A stretch of 64,000 bases of DNA from the human T2T-CHM13v2.0 reference genome, Homo sapiens: NCBI RefSeq assembly GCF_009914755.1, contig NC_060940.1. One strand, 5' to 3'. Under the pieces are notes generated by a model that was given only the letters and a program-made list of their open reading frames with translations, did no database searches and was not told where the DNA came from. Positions 58,799-64,000 of the stretch are shown piece by piece (the stretch's first letter is position 1; each line of letters starts with the position of its first letter). A program made the position numbers and the translations under genes.

Positions 58799-59209
58799 CT
58801 GGAGGCCACAGCCAACACAGACACATGGGCATCTCAGGGGCACCAGCCTCCACCCGACAGCTGCTCCCCAGTCCTCCAGGAGTCCCCTCACACCTGTCAG
58901 TGCTCCTGTTCCACACTCAGGTGTTTATTCCCCAGGAGACCTTGCCAACCCTCAGGGGTTCTGCCACCATCGGGCAGCCCATGGGGCAGGGGATGAAGCA
59001 CGTGGTTCGCATTCCAGTCCTGGCTGTGGACACACACTCACGGAGTGACTTTGGGCAATCTACCTAAATCCTCTGTGCCTGTTTCCTCCTGTCTACAATT
59101 GGAGAGGATGGTAGTCCCACAGCCGCGTAGCCCACACCTGGTACATGCTCAATCACAGCACACATCAGCAGACCATGCTTCACGGTGCCCCCCACTGAGC
59201 CAGGCCTCA

Positions 59210-59443
<234 letters not shown>

Positions 59444-60082
59444 TTACCACCTAAGATTTTCCTTAGGAGCTGAAAGAAGGTTCTGGAAGGGATAGCCCAA
59501 AGCTTTCCTGTCCTAAGCCTACACATGACTGTGCTCCAGGGATTCAAGACCCCTGCAGACAAATCCGCCACTTATCCTCCTTTCAAATCGCTCACAGAGC
59601 TGGTGCACGGAGCTCACCCACAGTGCGTGTGTTGACTAGAAGCACAGAGCACTTTGAAAAATACAAACACACCTCCCATGCCCTGTCCATCTCACTCCTA
59701 CGACATCTAAAGAAAGCAGCTAGCTGTGCACACATTTCCAAATGGGGAAAACCAAGAGCCAGGGCATCAACCAATACCTAGAATCACACAGCTAGTTTTC
59801 GTGGACTGAGGACTAGAGCGCCAGTCCCTTTGCGCCAACAGGGTGACACTGCTTCTGTCACCCCGGGTTGCCTGCCCTGTCCTGAGAGATAGGTCTCTAA
59901 GAGCCATGTTCCTTTCAGCTTCTCTGCAAGCCCTTTCTGAGAGGTCCCATGGCCCTGGCAGTGGGAACATGTGGAGGTGATACTGAATCACTGAGTCACA
60001 CCCTCTGACCCAGGGGCTACAGACTGATGGGACCTCCTCTGCTGGGGAAGGAGTCACCCAGCAAGTTTCCTGGATAACCACA

Positions 60083-64000
<3,918 letters not shown>

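Overview
Human-type (primate, Alu-rich) genomic DNA that I recognise as the OSGIN1-NECAB2-SLC38A8 locus (16q23-24). It holds the last four coding exons of OSGIN1 (+, 1316-8063), the complete 13-exon NECAB2 CDS (+, 10705-44400; exons sum to 1161 nt = 386 aa + stop, with a CpG-island promoter), and the last four coding exons of SLC38A8 (-, 59358-51835), convergent with NECAB2. All exon boundaries were checked by hand for GT-AG and phase continuity. The rest is Alu, MIR, L1/L2, MER and LTR repeats, two minisatellites and simple repeats; repeat family names and boundaries are from recalled consensus motifs and are approximate. Best leads: (1) an 87-nt, in-frame, stop-free cryptic exon in NECAB2 intron 6 whose donor abuts a (TG)23 tract, the architecture of a TDP-43-repressed cryptic exon; (2) NECAB2 exon 3 is open in two frames and flanked by 25-nt and 26-nt microexons that together could switch between an EF-hand protein, NMD and an EF-hand-less protein; (3) an RFX X-box/CCAAT/GC-box promoter-like element in intron 8; (4) a 48/51-bp hairpin and a recursive-splice-like site in OSGIN1 introns. 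No CRISPR array, tRNA or rRNA gene is supported.
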